Of a DNA stretch of 64,000 nt, positions 62,721 to 64,000 are shown in pieces. This DNA is from Anaerolineales bacterium. Its GTDB lineage: Bacteria > Chloroflexota > Anaerolineae > Anaerolineales > UBA11579. The position numbers were made by a program, and so were the translations under genes. The stretch is taken from positions 2,678 through 66,677 of the forward strand of contig JBBEBI010000038.1 of assembly GCA_040882365.1 (NCBI GenBank), in the 5' to 3' direction. The notes below the pieces were generated by a model. The model saw only the letters and a list, made by a program, of their open reading frames with translations. It did no database searches and was not told the origin of the DNA. Within the stretch, counting starts at the first letter, position 1. The number at the start of each line of letters is the position of its first letter.

Positions 62721-63017
62721 ATGGCCGAGCCTGTCCGAATGCACGCCTGGGTCGAGGGTCGCGTCCAGGGAGTCGGCTTTCGTTACTTTGTGCGCCAGCG
62801 GGCCGCGGCCTTGCCCATCACCGGTTGGGTGCGCAATCTTTCAGATGGCCGCGTGGAAGTGTTGGCCGAAGGCCAGCCGGCAGATTTAGAAAGCCTGCTA
62901 GCTTCCTTAAGGCAGGGCCCCACGGGCTCTTTGGTGACGCACGTGTCTGTTGATTGGGAGAGGGCTGCTGGGGATTTTGTCGACTTTAACTTTCGTCCTA
63001 CAGAATACCCGCGCTAA
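62721..63017 (+). CDS. acyP: Acylphosphatase
   Basis: GRVQGVGFR, GWVRN..DG.VE and GP motifs. Confidence 0.95.
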   Translation: MAEPVRMHAWVEGRVQGVGFRYFVRQRAAALPITGWVRNLSDGRVEVLAEGQPADLESLLASLRQGPTGSLVTHVSVDWERAAGDFVDFNFRPTEYPR

Positions 63018-64000
63018 GCGACACGTAGAAACGCCGCGCCGATCCCCGGTGCTGTCTCTATTTGTTTGATGAACTCGACATATTCCCGCATCTTTGCGTT
63101 CTGATCGGTCAGTGCATTCACGTTCCCAAACTCGGTAACGAACAGCAGCTTGTCCGGATACCACCTGCGCATCATCTGGTGGCGGGCACCCAATCCTTCA
63201 TCCAGAAGTTCCTCGCTGCTGCTCCAATAGCTTTCCAACCCGATCCAATCTGCCAGCAGCAATGCCTCGTCGGCCTGCTCCATGAAGATCTGGGCGTCCA
63301 TGCGTTGCCCTGTCACCTGTGGTCCGGCTGCCAACCCAGGGAAACCGAATTTGCCGAGCGGGTGAGTTTGCTTCAGTAAATTCACCGCATCGATCCACCA
63401 GCGGGCAAATTCACCTCCCGAATTCCAGCTAACGTAGCAGCCTTCGCCGTTTGTATTAGGCCGTCTCAGTACCTCGAAATAACTGATCCCTGCTTCAGCA
63501 TGCTTGACAATGGAAGGCCGTAGTCGGGCAATCCATTCGCGTGGCGTTAGCCCCTTTCCGCTCGAGGGCATTCTCAGACTTGTCAGCAGGAACGTATCGG
63601 GGAGGCTTTTGCGAATCTGGCCGATGTGTTCTGTGTTCAAGTGGCCATCAATTTTTACGGCTTCCACCTTGATTGACCCGGCGCCAGGCAAGCTCCCATG
63701 CGAGTTCGCTGTCACACCCATCAGGCAACGCCCCACAGGCCAGGGATATATGCGCTCCTTCTGTGCGTTCTGGGCGAACATCAGGAACGGTGTAGGGTCG
63801 AGCACATCAGCCGGGTAATGGGTTAGGCCTTGCTCCGTGGCGCCTGCCTGCATCAGGCCTAAATGGATATGGCCTCCCGCTGTTTCTCCGCTTGGGCCGG
63901 CCAGACCGATCTGCTGCCCGGCTTTCACTTTGCTGCCCTTGTTTACTGAAGCCTTGCCTAGGTGCCCATACAAGGTCCGATAACCGTCTGCATGCAGCAA
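63014..64000 (-). CDS. M23 peptidase fused to a glycoside-hydrolase-like TIM-barrel domain (5' end outside the window)
   Basis: TLYGHL, HIH and DP M23 motifs; then FEV...PN, GFPGL and FVTEFGN. Confidence 0.75.
   Translation of the reverse strand: MLHADGYRTLYGHLGKASVNKGSKVKAGQQIGLAGPSGETAGGHIHLGLMQAGATEQGLTHYPADVLDPTPFLMFAQNAQKERIYPWPVGRCLMGVTANSHGSLPGAGSIKVEAVKIDGHLNTEHIGQIRKSLPDTFLLTSLRMPSSGKGLTPREWIARLRPSIVKHAEAGISYFEVLRRPNTNGEGCYVSWNSGGEFARWWIDAVNLLKQTHPLGKFGFPGLAAGPQVTGQRMDAQIFMEQADEALLLADWIGLESYWSSSEELLDEGLGARHQMMRRWYPDKLLFVTEFGNVNALTDQNAKMREYVEFIKQIETAPGIGAAFLRVA

Overview
A 64-kb, GC-rich, gene-dense bacterial chromosomal segment, most likely from a Chloroflexota (Anaerolineae-like) genome. 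This is inferred from gene content: an actinobacterial-style FHA/RodA cluster, archease-RtcB, a mevalonate decarboxylase, and '...LVLAACG' lipoproteins. Most of the window is housekeeping: a Feo iron-uptake operon, acyl-CoA synthetase and dehydrogenases with ETF, tyrS, a hit-yqeY-pgpH-ybeY-dgkA cluster, a glycan-biosynthesis operon, a two-component system, comM, amino-acid and peptide ABC transporters, ggt, mvaD and rseP. I saw no rRNA, tRNA or CRISPR array. The most unusual features are: (1) an AT-rich gene with its own promoter encoding a class III nucleotide-cyclase domain fused to two further domains, a candidate single-gene signalling or anti-phage system; (2) an amino-acid ABC binding protein that has lost its lipobox Cys and carries a 66-aa two-helix membrane hairpin inside the binding fold, close to the iGluR insertion site; (3) a RodA-PBP fusion whose transpeptidase motifs are all broken; (4) a circularly permuted family-5 binding protein; (5) a candidate multi-stem ncRNA upstream of tatA; (6) a GIY-YIG cassette bounded by inverted repeats and inserted cleanly into the acd-etfBA operon; (7) repeated leaderless-gene architecture; and several decayed gene remnants. 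All calls come from reading motifs by eye; no database searches were run.
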